Assembly (NCBI RefSeq): GCF_000008665.1
Contig: NC_000917.1
Span: forward strand, 390,001 to 422,000
Origin: Archaeoglobus fulgidus DSM 4304
Lineage (GTDB): Archaea > Halobacteriota > Archaeoglobi > Archaeoglobales > Archaeoglobaceae
Direction: 5' to 3'
DNA: 32,000 bases
Below the pieces are notes generated by a model. The model saw nothing but the letters and a program-made list of their open reading frames with translations. It did not search any database and was not told where the DNA came from. The translations under genes were made by a program, and so were the position numbers. This document shows, piece after piece, positions 1 through 8,369 of the stretch (position 1 is its first letter; each line of letters starts with the position of its first letter).

Positions 1-92
1 ACCTTCCCGCCCTCCTTAACTTGAGCAGGCTGCTGAGCACAGCCGGCAATCAGAATCGCCAGAGCCAGAGCAAGGAGCGAAACCTTCCTCAT
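1..92 (-). CDS. Lipoprotein N-terminus, truncated by the window edge
   Basis: Reverse complement of 1-92 reads MRKVSLLALALAILIAGCAQQPAQVKEGGKV: signal peptide plus lipobox (LIAGC). Confidence 0.75.
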   Translation of the reverse strand, partial: MRKVSLLALALAILIAGCAQQPAQVKEGGK

Positions 93-1268
93 TCAGACCA
101 CCTCCCTCATCTCTCCATCGAACTTCACAATCCCCCTACCAACAACGGCGTAGTAGCTGCCCGCACACCTCAAGCAGAGACCATCCTTAACGCGTGTGGC
201 CATTGCAAGCTCTCCGCACTTCTCACACCTTTTGTTTTCAAAAATCGGTGCCCTCTCTATAGGCTGAACCTCTACAAACTCAACCTTGAACTCCTCTTCC
301 GGAATCTCAAGCATCTTCCAGCCAGTCTCCTCCCAGAACTCGGAGAGCCTCTTTGCATCCTCCTCACTGCCCTCTCTCCTCACTATAACCTTGTTAAAGA
401 GCTCAAGAGCCTCTTTGCTGAAGTACTTCCTCACGTTCTCAGCATTTACGTAAACTCTCACGCCCTTCCAGTCTTTTCTTCTGACTATAGTAAGAGCATT
501 CTTTCCAAGGTCGAGGTAAATCAGAGAGTTGTTTCCGAGCGTGCATCCGGTTGCAACCTGCACGCCGTCAGTAAGGCAGTTGTTGCACTCCACTATTGCG
601 AGAATATCCTCTCCAACACTCGCCATTGCATCTTCTTCAACTCCGAGCTTTTCCATTGCTATGACGGACATTCTAACTCCGAGCGCAACGAAGGGGCAGA
701 TGTGACCGTGAAACTCCTTTGCCCTCAAAAGCAGCCTTGTCAGCTTTGATTGAGGATTTGCCTCCTCAAACCATCCGATTTTCGCGTTTCCTACTGAATC
801 TATCGTAGAAGAGTACGGCTTTATATCCACAACTGGTGTGCCGTCGAGAGCATCGAGTCCTTTAACCTTCAGAACTCTCCCATCCCTTTCAAGCAGCTCA
901 ACAACTGCGAAACCAATCGGATTCGGGCGATGGGGAGAGCGGGTCGCAAAGACTCCATGTTCTCTGCTGTCGTGAGGAGGAACAACAAGCAAAGCGTCCC
1001 TGTTTGCTCTGTCAAGCCAGTAGAGGACAATAAGATGAGTGCAGGTTTCAATATCCTTCAAACCGTCCTCAAACTCCGGGAAAATCTCGATTTCTACTGT
1101 TTCCTTGGAGAACCTTCCCTGATGTGGAGCTTTGCTAAAGTTTTTGTAGGGAGACCTTATCACACCTACCTGCCTTAGCTGCACGAGCATCACCTTTTTG
1201 TGTGGTGTTACTAACAACTGTGCTAATGGCAGACTGAAGATTAAAATTTTGGTTTTTGGTGTTACCAA
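93..1268 (-). CDS. Fusion of TsaA/TrmO-like (UPF0066) domain and FmdE-like domain with C-terminal zinc ribbon
   Basis: 391 aa ORF. N-terminal half has IRSPYKNFSKAPHQG...RSPHRPNPIGFAVVELL...DIKPYSS (TsaA/TrmO family); C-terminal half has HGHICPFVALGVRMS...ECNNCLTDGVQVATGCTLGNNSL (FmdE) and CEKCG...CLRCAGSYY. The true start may be the internal Met at about 1193. Confidence 0.85.
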   Translation of the reverse strand: MVTPKTKILIFSLPLAQLLVTPHKKVMLVQLRQVGVIRSPYKNFSKAPHQGRFSKETVEIEIFPEFEDGLKDIETCTHLIVLYWLDRANRDALLVVPPHDSREHGVFATRSPHRPNPIGFAVVELLERDGRVLKVKGLDALDGTPVVDIKPYSSTIDSVGNAKIGWFEEANPQSKLTRLLLRAKEFHGHICPFVALGVRMSVIAMEKLGVEEDAMASVGEDILAIVECNNCLTDGVQVATGCTLGNNSLIYLDLGKNALTIVRRKDWKGVRVYVNAENVRKYFSKEALELFNKVIVRREGSEEDAKRLSEFWEETGWKMLEIPEEEFKVEFVEVQPIERAPIFENKRCEKCGELAMATRVKDGLCLRCAGSYYAVVGRGIVKFDGEMREVV

Positions 1269-1315
1269 AGGTTACAAAGAACAGTAAATTTATGAGAAGA
1301 AAAATTGAAAGAAAA

Positions 1316-2230
1316 TCACTTACGAACCCCCAACCTCCTCAGCACCTCAGTAGCCCTCTCCTGCCCGAAGTACTCGTAAACACCTCCCTTGCTGCCCGGC
1401 TTTAACGATGGGTCGCCCAGATAGCCAGCATCCACAAGCTGGACGAGTAGCTTTGGAGGTGCCCACTTGGGGTCTTTCGTTGCCTCGAACATCGCCTCGT
1501 AGATTCTGAGCCTCGTGTCGAGGCCGACCAAATCTCCCGTCTCAATGGGGCCCATAGAGTAGCCGTAGCCGAGCATCATGCCGATGTCGATGTCCTGCGG
1601 TGTCGCAACACCTTCCTGAACCATCAGCAAGGCCTCCTTGCCAAGAACAAGGCCAAGGCGGGAGGTAGCAAAGCCGGGGGAGTCATTGACGACGATGGGC
1701 ACTTTTCCCAGCTTGAGGAACCAGTCTCTGATGCCGTTAACAAGCTTCTCGTCGCTCAGCAAGCCCTTTACAAGCTCAACAAGCTTCTGAATCTGCGCTG
1801 GGTTGAAGAAGTGAATGCCCAGAAACCTCTCTGGGTTGCTGACGGCGGAGGAGAGCTTGGTTATGCTTATTGAGGAGGTGTTTGAGCCTATGACCGCATC
1901 CGTAACAGCATCAATCTCCCTCAGAACCTTCAGCTTCAGGTTAACGTCCTCGAAAACGGCCTCTATTACCAGATCACAGTCCTTTAAAGCGCTGTGAGAT
2001 GTGCTGGTGGATATTCTGCTCAGCACAGCGTTCATCTCCTCCTCCGTGATTTTTCCTTTTTCCACAAGCCTCTGCAGTCCAAATCTGCCGGCTTTTATCG
2101 CCTCCATTCCCTTCCTCAGCCTTTCCTCGCTAACGTCAATCGCAACAACCTCCAAACCCTGCTGGGCAAAAAATTGGGTTATCTGGGTGCCCATCAGGCC
2201 GAATCCGACAACTCCAATCTTCTCGAACAT
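1316..2230 (-). CDS. 3-hydroxyacyl-CoA dehydrogenase
   Basis: N-terminal Rossmann motif GVVGFGLMGTQITQFFAQQG; SSISITKLSS, RFLGIHFFNPAQIQKLVELV, NDSPGFATSRLG; in an operon with other beta-oxidation genes. Confidence 0.93.
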   Translation of the reverse strand: MFEKIGVVGFGLMGTQITQFFAQQGLEVVAIDVSEERLRKGMEAIKAGRFGLQRLVEKGKITEEEMNAVLSRISTSTSHSALKDCDLVIEAVFEDVNLKLKVLREIDAVTDAVIGSNTSSISITKLSSAVSNPERFLGIHFFNPAQIQKLVELVKGLLSDEKLVNGIRDWFLKLGKVPIVVNDSPGFATSRLGLVLGKEALLMVQEGVATPQDIDIGMMLGYGYSMGPIETGDLVGLDTRLRIYEAMFEATKDPKWAPPKLLVQLVDAGYLGDPSLKPGSKGGVYEYFGQERATEVLRRLGVRK

Positions 2231-2234
2231 GCCA

Positions 2235-3005
2235 TCACCTTCCCCTAAACTCAGGCTTCCTCTTCTCCAGAAACGCCCTCATCCCCTCCTTAGCATCCTC
2301 GCTGGAGAAGAGCAGGGCGAAGAGGCTTGCCTCATACCTCAGCCCCTCCTTCAGGGGCATGTTGATTGATGCGTTCAAAGCTTTCTTCGCCACCTTTACA
2401 GCGAGAGGCGATTTCTCGATTATTTTAGCGGCAACCTCCTTTGCCCTCTCCATCAGCCTTTCGTGCTCCACAACCTCCTCAACCAGCCCTATTCTTAAAG
2501 CAGTCTGAGCATCGATTATCTCCCCCGTAAGAACAAGCTTTTTCGCCATCCCCAGCCCCACGAGCCTCGGCAGCCTCTGCGTCCCTCCCGCTCCGGGAAT
2601 TATGGCGAGGTTTATCTCTGGCTGCCCGAACTTTGCCTTTTCACTGGCAATTCTTATGTCGCACGCCATCGCCAGCTCACAACCCCCACCGAGGGTGTAT
2701 CCGTTAACTGCGGCAATCACCGGAATCTCAAGCTCCTCAATTCTCGAAAAGAGATCCGTTCCGAGCTTTGTTGCCTCAAAAGCCTTAATTGCATCCCTCT
2801 GAAGAAGCTCGTTGATGTCAGCGCCGGCAGCAAAGGCCTTGCCGCTGCCGGTAATGATTAAAACTCTTGCCACTTCCTCGATGCCCTCAATAACCTCAGC
2901 CAGCTCCATCCTCGTTTTGGTGTCAAGAGCGTTTAGCTTCTCTGGTCTGTTGAGGGTTGCAACAGCAATTTCACCATCAAGCTCAAGCTTGACTCTCTCT
3001 CCCAT
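2235..3005 (-). CDS. Enoyl-CoA hydratase/isomerase family protein
   Basis: Crotonase signatures: AFAAGADINEL, AAVNGYTLGGGCELAMACDIRIASEKAKFGQPEINLAIIPGAGGTQRLPRLVG. Confidence 0.95.
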   Translation of the reverse strand: MGERVKLELDGEIAVATLNRPEKLNALDTKTRMELAEVIEGIEEVARVLIITGSGKAFAAGADINELLQRDAIKAFEATKLGTDLFSRIEELEIPVIAAVNGYTLGGGCELAMACDIRIASEKAKFGQPEINLAIIPGAGGTQRLPRLVGLGMAKKLVLTGEIIDAQTALRIGLVEEVVEHERLMERAKEVAAKIIEKSPLAVKVAKKALNASINMPLKEGLRYEASLFALLFSSEDAKEGMRAFLEKRKPEFRGR

Positions 3006-3014
3006 TCTCCCACC

Positions 3015-4163
3015 TCAAAGCTTTCCTATCAACCTTCTCGCAATTATCTGCTTCTGAACCTCTTTCGTTCCCTCGTAAATCTCCATCAGCTTCGCATCCC
3101 TGTAGTAGCGCTCTGCCGGATACTCGCCGATGTACCCGTAGCCACCATGAAGCTGCACGCACCAGTCTGCGACGTAAACAGCTGTCTCCCCTGCAAACCA
3201 CTTGGCCATCGAGGAAAGCTCAGGCCTTGACTGCCCGATGCTGCACTGCCAAGCAGCCTGCCACGTCAGCAGCCTTGCAGCCTGAATGCGCGTCGCCATC
3301 TCGGCAATCTTGAATTGCGTGTGCTGAAATGCAGCAATCGGCTGCCCGAACTGCTTCCTCTGCTTAACGTAGTTCAAAGCAAGCTCAAAAGCCCCCTGAG
3401 CTATCCCCACAGCCTGAGCCGCCACCCTCGGTCTCGTGTGGTTGAAGAACTCCATGAGGTAGTAGAAGCCCTTTCCCGGCTCGCCCAGAATGTTCTCCTC
3501 CGGCACCTTTACATCTTTCAGCACAATCTCAGCTGTATCACTCGCCCTGAGGCCGAGCTTGTTCTTTATCTTCGTAGCCTTAAACCCCTTACTCTTGCTC
3601 TCCACAATGGCGAAGGTGAGGCCGTGGTGCCTCTTCTCCCCCTCGTAGGTTCTACCCAGAACCAAAACGAAATCGCAGACAGTGCCGTTGGTGATGAACA
3701 TCTTGGTGCCGTTTATGACCCACTCGTCCCCCTCCTTGACGATTTTGGTCTTAACGTTAGCCACATCACTTCCCGCCTCTGGCTCGGTTGTCGCCATTGC
3801 CGAAATCCCGTGCCTCTCAGTCACCCATCTAAGATACTTCTCCTTCTGCTCCTCACTGCCGAACAGGATGAGAAGCTCAGTGCCGAAGGTTGAGCTAAGG
3901 CAAGCATTCCCTATCCCCGGACTAACCCTGTAGAACTCCTCCGTAACCAGAGCTTCCTCAAAAAGACTTAACCCCATACCCCCATACTCCTCAGGAATCT
4001 TCACTGTCGAGAAGCCAAGGTCTCTCGCCTTCCTGACGATTTCCATTGGATACTTTTCCTCTCTATCGCACTCCTCTATAACTTCGGGGGTGAACTCCTT
4101 CTCAGCAAACTCTCTCGCAGCCCTCCTTATGTCCTCCTGCTCAGGAGTTAGCTTAAAATCCAT
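3015..4163 (-). CDS. Acyl-CoA dehydrogenase
   Basis: AMTEPEAGSDV, KMFITNG, QRKQFGQPIAAFQHTQF, CVQLHGGYGYIGEYPAERYYRDAKLMEIYEGTKEVQKQII. Confidence 0.95.
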   Translation of the reverse strand: MDFKLTPEQEDIRRAAREFAEKEFTPEVIEECDREEKYPMEIVRKARDLGFSTVKIPEEYGGMGLSLFEEALVTEEFYRVSPGIGNACLSSTFGTELLILFGSEEQKEKYLRWVTERHGISAMATTEPEAGSDVANVKTKIVKEGDEWVINGTKMFITNGTVCDFVLVLGRTYEGEKRHHGLTFAIVESKSKGFKATKIKNKLGLRASDTAEIVLKDVKVPEENILGEPGKGFYYLMEFFNHTRPRVAAQAVGIAQGAFELALNYVKQRKQFGQPIAAFQHTQFKIAEMATRIQAARLLTWQAAWQCSIGQSRPELSSMAKWFAGETAVYVADWCVQLHGGYGYIGEYPAERYYRDAKLMEIYEGTKEVQKQIIARRLIGKL

Positions 4164-4559
4164 TCAAACCACCTCGAAGTAAACTTTCCAGACTCCAGTT
4201 TCGTCCTTGCCCGGCTTTAACCTCACAACGTCGCCAACCCTGACCTCTTTCGCCCATCCCATCACCCTCACTTCCCCAAATCTGGCGATGGCGATGGTGT
4301 AGGGCTCCCTGTGCCACTCAAAACCTGCGGGAATTGTGTGAACTGTGGTGAAAGCTTCAACAACCCCCTCTCCTGTAATCTCAACCCACTCAACCTCTCC
4401 ACCGCAAAGGCATTCGGCCCTTGGCGGGTGGTGTTCTTTCCCGCAGCTTTTGCAGACGGTCTTGAAAACCTTCCCCTCTTCAAGCCCCTTCCAGTACCTT
4501 TCTGTCTTTGCCACGGGAATGCGGTGCTTCATCACGAGCTCACGACTCTCGATAAACAT
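4164..4559 (-). CDS. DUF35/OB-fold zinc-ribbon thiolase-associated protein
   Basis: CKSCGKEHHPPRAECLCGG zinc ribbon followed by an OB-like domain; directly downstream of the thiolase-like gene, the usual DUF35 pairing. Confidence 0.88.
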   Translation of the reverse strand: MFIESRELVMKHRIPVAKTERYWKGLEEGKVFKTVCKSCGKEHHPPRAECLCGGEVEWVEITGEGVVEAFTTVHTIPAGFEWHREPYTIAIARFGEVRVMGWAKEVRVGDVVRLKPGKDETGVWKVYFEVV

Positions 4560-4563
4560 CCTC

Positions 4564-5727
4564 TCACCTCCCGAAAATCATGACAAAGGCAAAATGTCCC
4601 GTCCCGCCCACATTGTGCAGCAAAGCCCTGTTGTTCCTCAGTTCAACCTGCAACTCCCCAGCCTCTCCACGCAGCTGCTTTACGATTTCGTAAACCATCG
4701 CAACTCCTGTTGCTGCCAACGGATGACCTTTCGCCTTTAAACCGCCGAAGGTATTTACAGGAAGCTTTCCGCCCAGCTCTGTCTCCCCGCTCTCCACAAG
4801 CTTCCCTCCCTCGCCCTTCCTGCAGAAGCCGAGGTCTTCGTAGGCCATAATCTCGGCGATGGTAAAGCAGTCGTGCACAGTAGCAAAATCAAGCTGCTTT
4901 ACCGGCTCCTCTATGCCAGCCTTCCTGTAAGCCATCTCCCTCGCCAGAACCGTAGCTTTAAGGCCGACAAAGCTCTCCCTGTTGGTCATATTTGAGGTGT
5001 CTGATGCGTAGCCAACCGAGTCAATCCACACGACATCGTCAATGCCGAGCTCCCTTATCTTCTCCTCACTCGCCAGAATTGCTGCTGCCGAGCCATCGCT
5101 TATCGGGGAGCAGTCGTAGAGCTTCAGTGGATAGGTGATGTACCTCGAATTCAGCACGTCCTCAACGGCAATCTCCTTCTGGAAGTGCGCCTTCGGGTTT
5201 CTGGCAGCGTTTCTGTGAGCCTTAACCGCAACCTTTGCCATCTGCTCCTCAGTAGTTCCATACTTCGCCATGTGGGCGGTTGCGTGCATTGCGTAGTAAG
5301 CGGGAAAGGTCGTGCCGTACTGGTGGAACTCCCACAGATAATTCCCCGCCCTGCCGCCGATAGCGAGGGAGGTGGCAGTGTCAACCTCAGTCATCTTCTC
5401 CACGCCAATGGCTATGGCCACGTCAGCCATGCCTGAAGCGATTGATGTGTACGCTGTATAAACCGCAGCAGCTCCTGTTGCACAGGCAGCCTCCACCCTC
5501 AGAGGCCCCTTACCCGCAAAACCGCAATACTCGTTTACAGGAACAGCAGGCATCAGCTCGTATCCCCTCGTATTTACTGATCCAACAACGCTCAGCTCAA
5601 CCTCATCCTGAGTTATCCCTGCATCGTCAAGCGCCTCCTTAACAGCCTCATAGGCAAGCTCCTGAATTACAGCATCATCTCTTCTCCCAAACCTTGAACA
5701 TCCAACGCCGATAACTCCAACTCTCAT
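4564..5727 (-). CDS. Thiolase-like acetyl-CoA acetyltransferase family protein
   Basis: MRVGVIGVGCSRFGRR..., EAACATGAAAVYTAYTSIASG, KGHPLAATGVAMVYEIVKQLRG, HNVGGTG. The track ORF (to 5874) has an implausible 49 aa extension; Met50 at 5727 fits the family start. Confidence 0.9.
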   Translation of the reverse strand: MRVGVIGVGCSRFGRRDDAVIQELAYEAVKEALDDAGITQDEVELSVVGSVNTRGYELMPAVPVNEYCGFAGKGPLRVEAACATGAAAVYTAYTSIASGMADVAIAIGVEKMTEVDTATSLAIGGRAGNYLWEFHQYGTTFPAYYAMHATAHMAKYGTTEEQMAKVAVKAHRNAARNPKAHFQKEIAVEDVLNSRYITYPLKLYDCSPISDGSAAAILASEEKIRELGIDDVVWIDSVGYASDTSNMTNRESFVGLKATVLAREMAYRKAGIEEPVKQLDFATVHDCFTIAEIMAYEDLGFCRKGEGGKLVESGETELGGKLPVNTFGGLKAKGHPLAATGVAMVYEIVKQLRGEAGELQVELRNNRALLHNVGGTGHFAFVMIFGR

Positions 5728-5806
5728 TGAAAAAAGTAGTCGTGTAATATTTAATGTTTTCGTGAAATATGAATTTTGCCTTGCAGCTCTATGCGTAGAG
5801 TTGGAA

Positions 5807-6304
5807 CTATGTTTTGGTTCTGATGGTCGTTCTACGATGATCTTTGTGCGTTTTAGAGGATATGTAGGTTGCAAGGTGATTAATCTTTATTCCCTTCTTA
5901 ACGAACCACTCCATGAACTTCCTGCGCTCCTCGTTGAACTCCTCAATGTCTCTGTACCTTACTACGAAGCAGAGGTCGTAGGCGGAGCCAACGAGTTCAA
6001 GAACGTTCTCCACGTAGTCGAGCTTGTTGAAGTGCTCTATAATCTCGTCTATCCTCGTCTTCGACTCAATGTCGAGGTCGACGAAGGTTACAGTGAGCAT
6101 GCTAAGCCCGAGCTTCTGGTAATTTGCCTTCCAGTAACCCTCCTTAATTTTTATTAGATATCCGTTGTCTTCAAGGGCTCTGACTCTGTTCTGAACAGTC
6201 CTGAGCGTTATTCCGAGCATCTCGGCAATCTCGCTCTGAGTTTTACCCCTTAAAATGTTCTCGATAATGGCCATATCGATATCGTCAAGCTGGCCTTTTC
6301 GCAT
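5807..6304 (-). CDS. Lrp/AsnC family transcriptional regulator
   Basis: Helix-turn-helix LDDIDMAIIENILRGKTQSEIAEMLGITLRTVQNRVRALEDNGYL plus C-terminal ligand-binding-like domain. Start revised to Met23 of the track ORF. Confidence 0.85.
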   Translation of the reverse strand: MRKGQLDDIDMAIIENILRGKTQSEIAEMLGITLRTVQNRVRALEDNGYLIKIKEGYWKANYQKLGLSMLTVTFVDLDIESKTRIDEIIEHFNKLDYVENVLELVGSAYDLCFVVRYRDIEEFNEERRKFMEWFVKKGIKINHLATYISSKTHKDHRRTTIRTKT

Positions 6305-6386
6305 AGTATGAAAGTAAACTAAAAATATAAAAATTTTATGTTTGCCATTAAATGGCAATTTTAATTGCAATTAAAGTGTAAGTATC

Positions 6387-6737
6387 TCACCTTCGAATTT
6401 CCGCCCATTTGTCTTCATTTTCAGCAACTCTCACTCTGCGAACGTTAAGTCCCTTTTCCGCAAGTTCGCTGAATATTCTCAGGCAGATGTTCTCCGAGGT
6501 TGGAATTTCGATCTGCTCGTTGAGCAGTGTGTGGTCGAACTTAGCCACCACCTCGTTGACAATTCTCTTTAGGTCGAAGAAGTCCATGACCATCCCGTTC
6601 TCCTTTACTTTGCCCGATATCTCCACTTCAACCTTGAAGTTGTGGCCGTGAACTTTTCCACACTTTTTGTGGCCCGGGATGCTGTGTGCTGCGCTGAAGG
6701 ATGTGGATATGCCAATTATCATCTCCTCTTCCATCAT
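6387..6737 (-). CDS. queD: 6-pyruvoyl-tetrahydropterin synthase/QueD family protein
   Basis: SFSAAHSIPGHKKCGKVHGHNFKVEVEISG and FDHTLLNE...PTSENI; overlaps queE by 4 nt. Confidence 0.9.
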   Translation of the reverse strand: MMEEEMIIGISTSFSAAHSIPGHKKCGKVHGHNFKVEVEISGKVKENGMVMDFFDLKRIVNEVVAKFDHTLLNEQIEIPTSENICLRIFSELAEKGLNVRRVRVAENEDKWAEIRR

Positions 6738-7411
6738 CTCACCCCCAGATACTTGTGAACCTGCGGAATCACCCTCGTGTCGGCGAAGTCAATCATACGC
6801 TTCTGCAGCTTAAGAATTTTTTCCACCCTGCTGCCGAAGACAGGCTGAAGGACAAATCCGAAAACGTAATTTTTGATCTCGTACGCCGAGTTAAGAACTT
6901 CATCAGCATCAAATTTATCGGGAAGGACTATTTTGCAGAAAGTCTTTCTCCTTCTGGTGTTTCTCAATACTTTAAAGCATTTTACAGTTTTTTGGAATAC
7001 TTCATCGTAGTTTTTCAGCCCTGCTTCCCTTACCTTCAAATCTCCTGCAACGTAATCGCAGAATTTGAGCTTTTTAGCCTTTTCAGGCAGAGTCATATTC
7101 GATTCAAGGTAAAAGGGGTGCGTTTTGCTCAGAGATGCTATAAACTCAGCCTGCAGCATGGGCTCACCACCGGTAAAGCACACTGAGTGGACTTTGCTGG
7201 AGTCTATCCGCCCCTGAACGTACTCGGCAGAAACTGGATTCTTAAGGGTTCTGTTTGCAGTCAAATCCAAACAGTTTTCAGACGTTTTTGGTGTGTCGCA
7301 GTAGTAGCAGTTAAGATTGCATCCCGCAAATCTCACGAAAAGCTGCCTGACGCCAATGTAAAACCCCTCTCCCTGAATCGACTCGAAAATTTCAATCAGA
7401 TTTGCCCTCAT
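6734..7411 (-). CDS. queE: 7-carboxy-7-deazaguanine synthase (radical SAM)
   Basis: IQGEGFYIGVRQLFVRFAGCNLNCYYCDTP; FTGGEPMLQ. Confidence 0.93.
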   Translation of the reverse strand: MRANLIEIFESIQGEGFYIGVRQLFVRFAGCNLNCYYCDTPKTSENCLDLTANRTLKNPVSAEYVQGRIDSSKVHSVCFTGGEPMLQAEFIASLSKTHPFYLESNMTLPEKAKKLKFCDYVAGDLKVREAGLKNYDEVFQKTVKCFKVLRNTRRRKTFCKIVLPDKFDADEVLNSAYEIKNYVFGFVLQPVFGSRVEKILKLQKRMIDFADTRVIPQVHKYLGVR

Positions 7412-8129
7412 TCCTCGCCCTCATCTCCTCGTAAATTTTCACCGCATTTTTCCATTCCTCATCGCTGAGGAGAGGGTCCTTCACTCCGTTGGCAAGGAAG
7501 GCTTCAGTGCGCTCAAGGCACGTCCCGCAGCTCAAGCAAGGCCTATCGCCCCCTTCATAGCAGCTCCAGGTAAGCTCGTAGGGAACTCCCAGCTTTAAAC
7601 CAAGCCTCACGATGTCCGCCTTGGTCATGTCCACGAAGGGCGCCCTAACCTCCACAGGCGTCCAGATGTTTGCAAGATAAACTGCAGTATCAAGAGCTTT
7701 AACGAACTCCTTCCTGCAGTCTGGGTAGATGCTGTAGTCGCTGAGGTGTGCTGCATAGTGCACTTCCTTCGCTCCGATTTTTACCGCATAGCCTGCTGCT
7801 ATTGACAGCAGAATCATGTTTCTGTTTGGAACGATTGTTCTCCGCTGAACTTCCTCGCTGTAAAATGCCTTTGGAACCTCCTCTTCCCCCGTCAAGGCCC
7901 CGTAAGAGATGAGGTCGTGAATTGTAGAGATGTCGACCTTGAGATGTCGAACTTTAGCAGCCTTTGCAACTTTTTCGGCGCTTTCGATTTCCTTGGAATG
8001 CTTTTGGCCGTAGAAGAACGTTAGAGCGTGAACCTCGTAACCTCCGTCGAGCAAGTAGTAAAGGAGTGTTGAGGAATCAATCCCACCACTCAGGAGCATT
8101 ACGGCTTTCATGTAGAAGGTGGATTTCAA
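7392..8129 (-). CDS. queC: 7-cyano-7-deazaguanine synthase
   Basis: PP-loop VMLLSGGIDSSTLLYYL; C-terminal CYEGGDRPCLSCGTCLERTEAF. Start may be Met7 (8111). Confidence 0.94.
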   Translation of the reverse strand: MKSTFYMKAVMLLSGGIDSSTLLYYLLDGGYEVHALTFFYGQKHSKEIESAEKVAKAAKVRHLKVDISTIHDLISYGALTGEEEVPKAFYSEEVQRRTIVPNRNMILLSIAAGYAVKIGAKEVHYAAHLSDYSIYPDCRKEFVKALDTAVYLANIWTPVEVRAPFVDMTKADIVRLGLKLGVPYELTWSCYEGGDRPCLSCGTCLERTEAFLANGVKDPLLSDEEWKNAVKIYEEMRARNEGKSD

Positions 8130-8196
8130 AGTTATATGAAGTCATCGCCCTTTAAACCACAATATTCATAAATCCTATGCAGAATTTTTCATCTGA

Positions 8197-8279
8197 GCGG
8201 GGGTTGCCGAGCGGACAAAGGCGCAGGATTGAGGGTCCTGTCCCGTAGGGGTTCGAGGGTTCGAATCCCTCCCCCCGCA
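8197..8279 (+). tRNA. tRNA-Leu (anticodon GAG)
   Basis: Acceptor GCGGGGG/CCCCCGC plus discriminator A; anticodon arm CAGGA-TTGAGGG-TCCTG; variable arm; T arm GAGGG-TTCGAAT-CCCTC; no encoded CCA. Confidence 0.97.
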
Positions 8280-8369
8280 TTTAGTTCTGTTCGTTGAGTT
8301 TGGGAGGTTCAAGAAGCATGTCCAAGTAAAAGATATCTCTGATGACGAAAAGAAGATTTACACGTCCAC

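Noticed and set aside
21-749. 242 aa plus-strand ORF
   Set aside because: Antisense to the well-supported 93-1268 gene; no family motifs.
3315-3933. 192 aa and 83 aa plus-strand ORFs
   Set aside because: Antisense to acyl-CoA dehydrogenase; low-information sequence typical of reverse-frame ORFs.
5762-6157. 131 aa plus-strand ORF
   Set aside because: Mirror of the Lrp/AsnC gene with no recognisable domain.
8280-8369. CRISPR leader on the tRNA side
   Set aside because: Repeat polarity and the variant repeat location both indicate that this is the trailer end; the gap is only ~90 bp.
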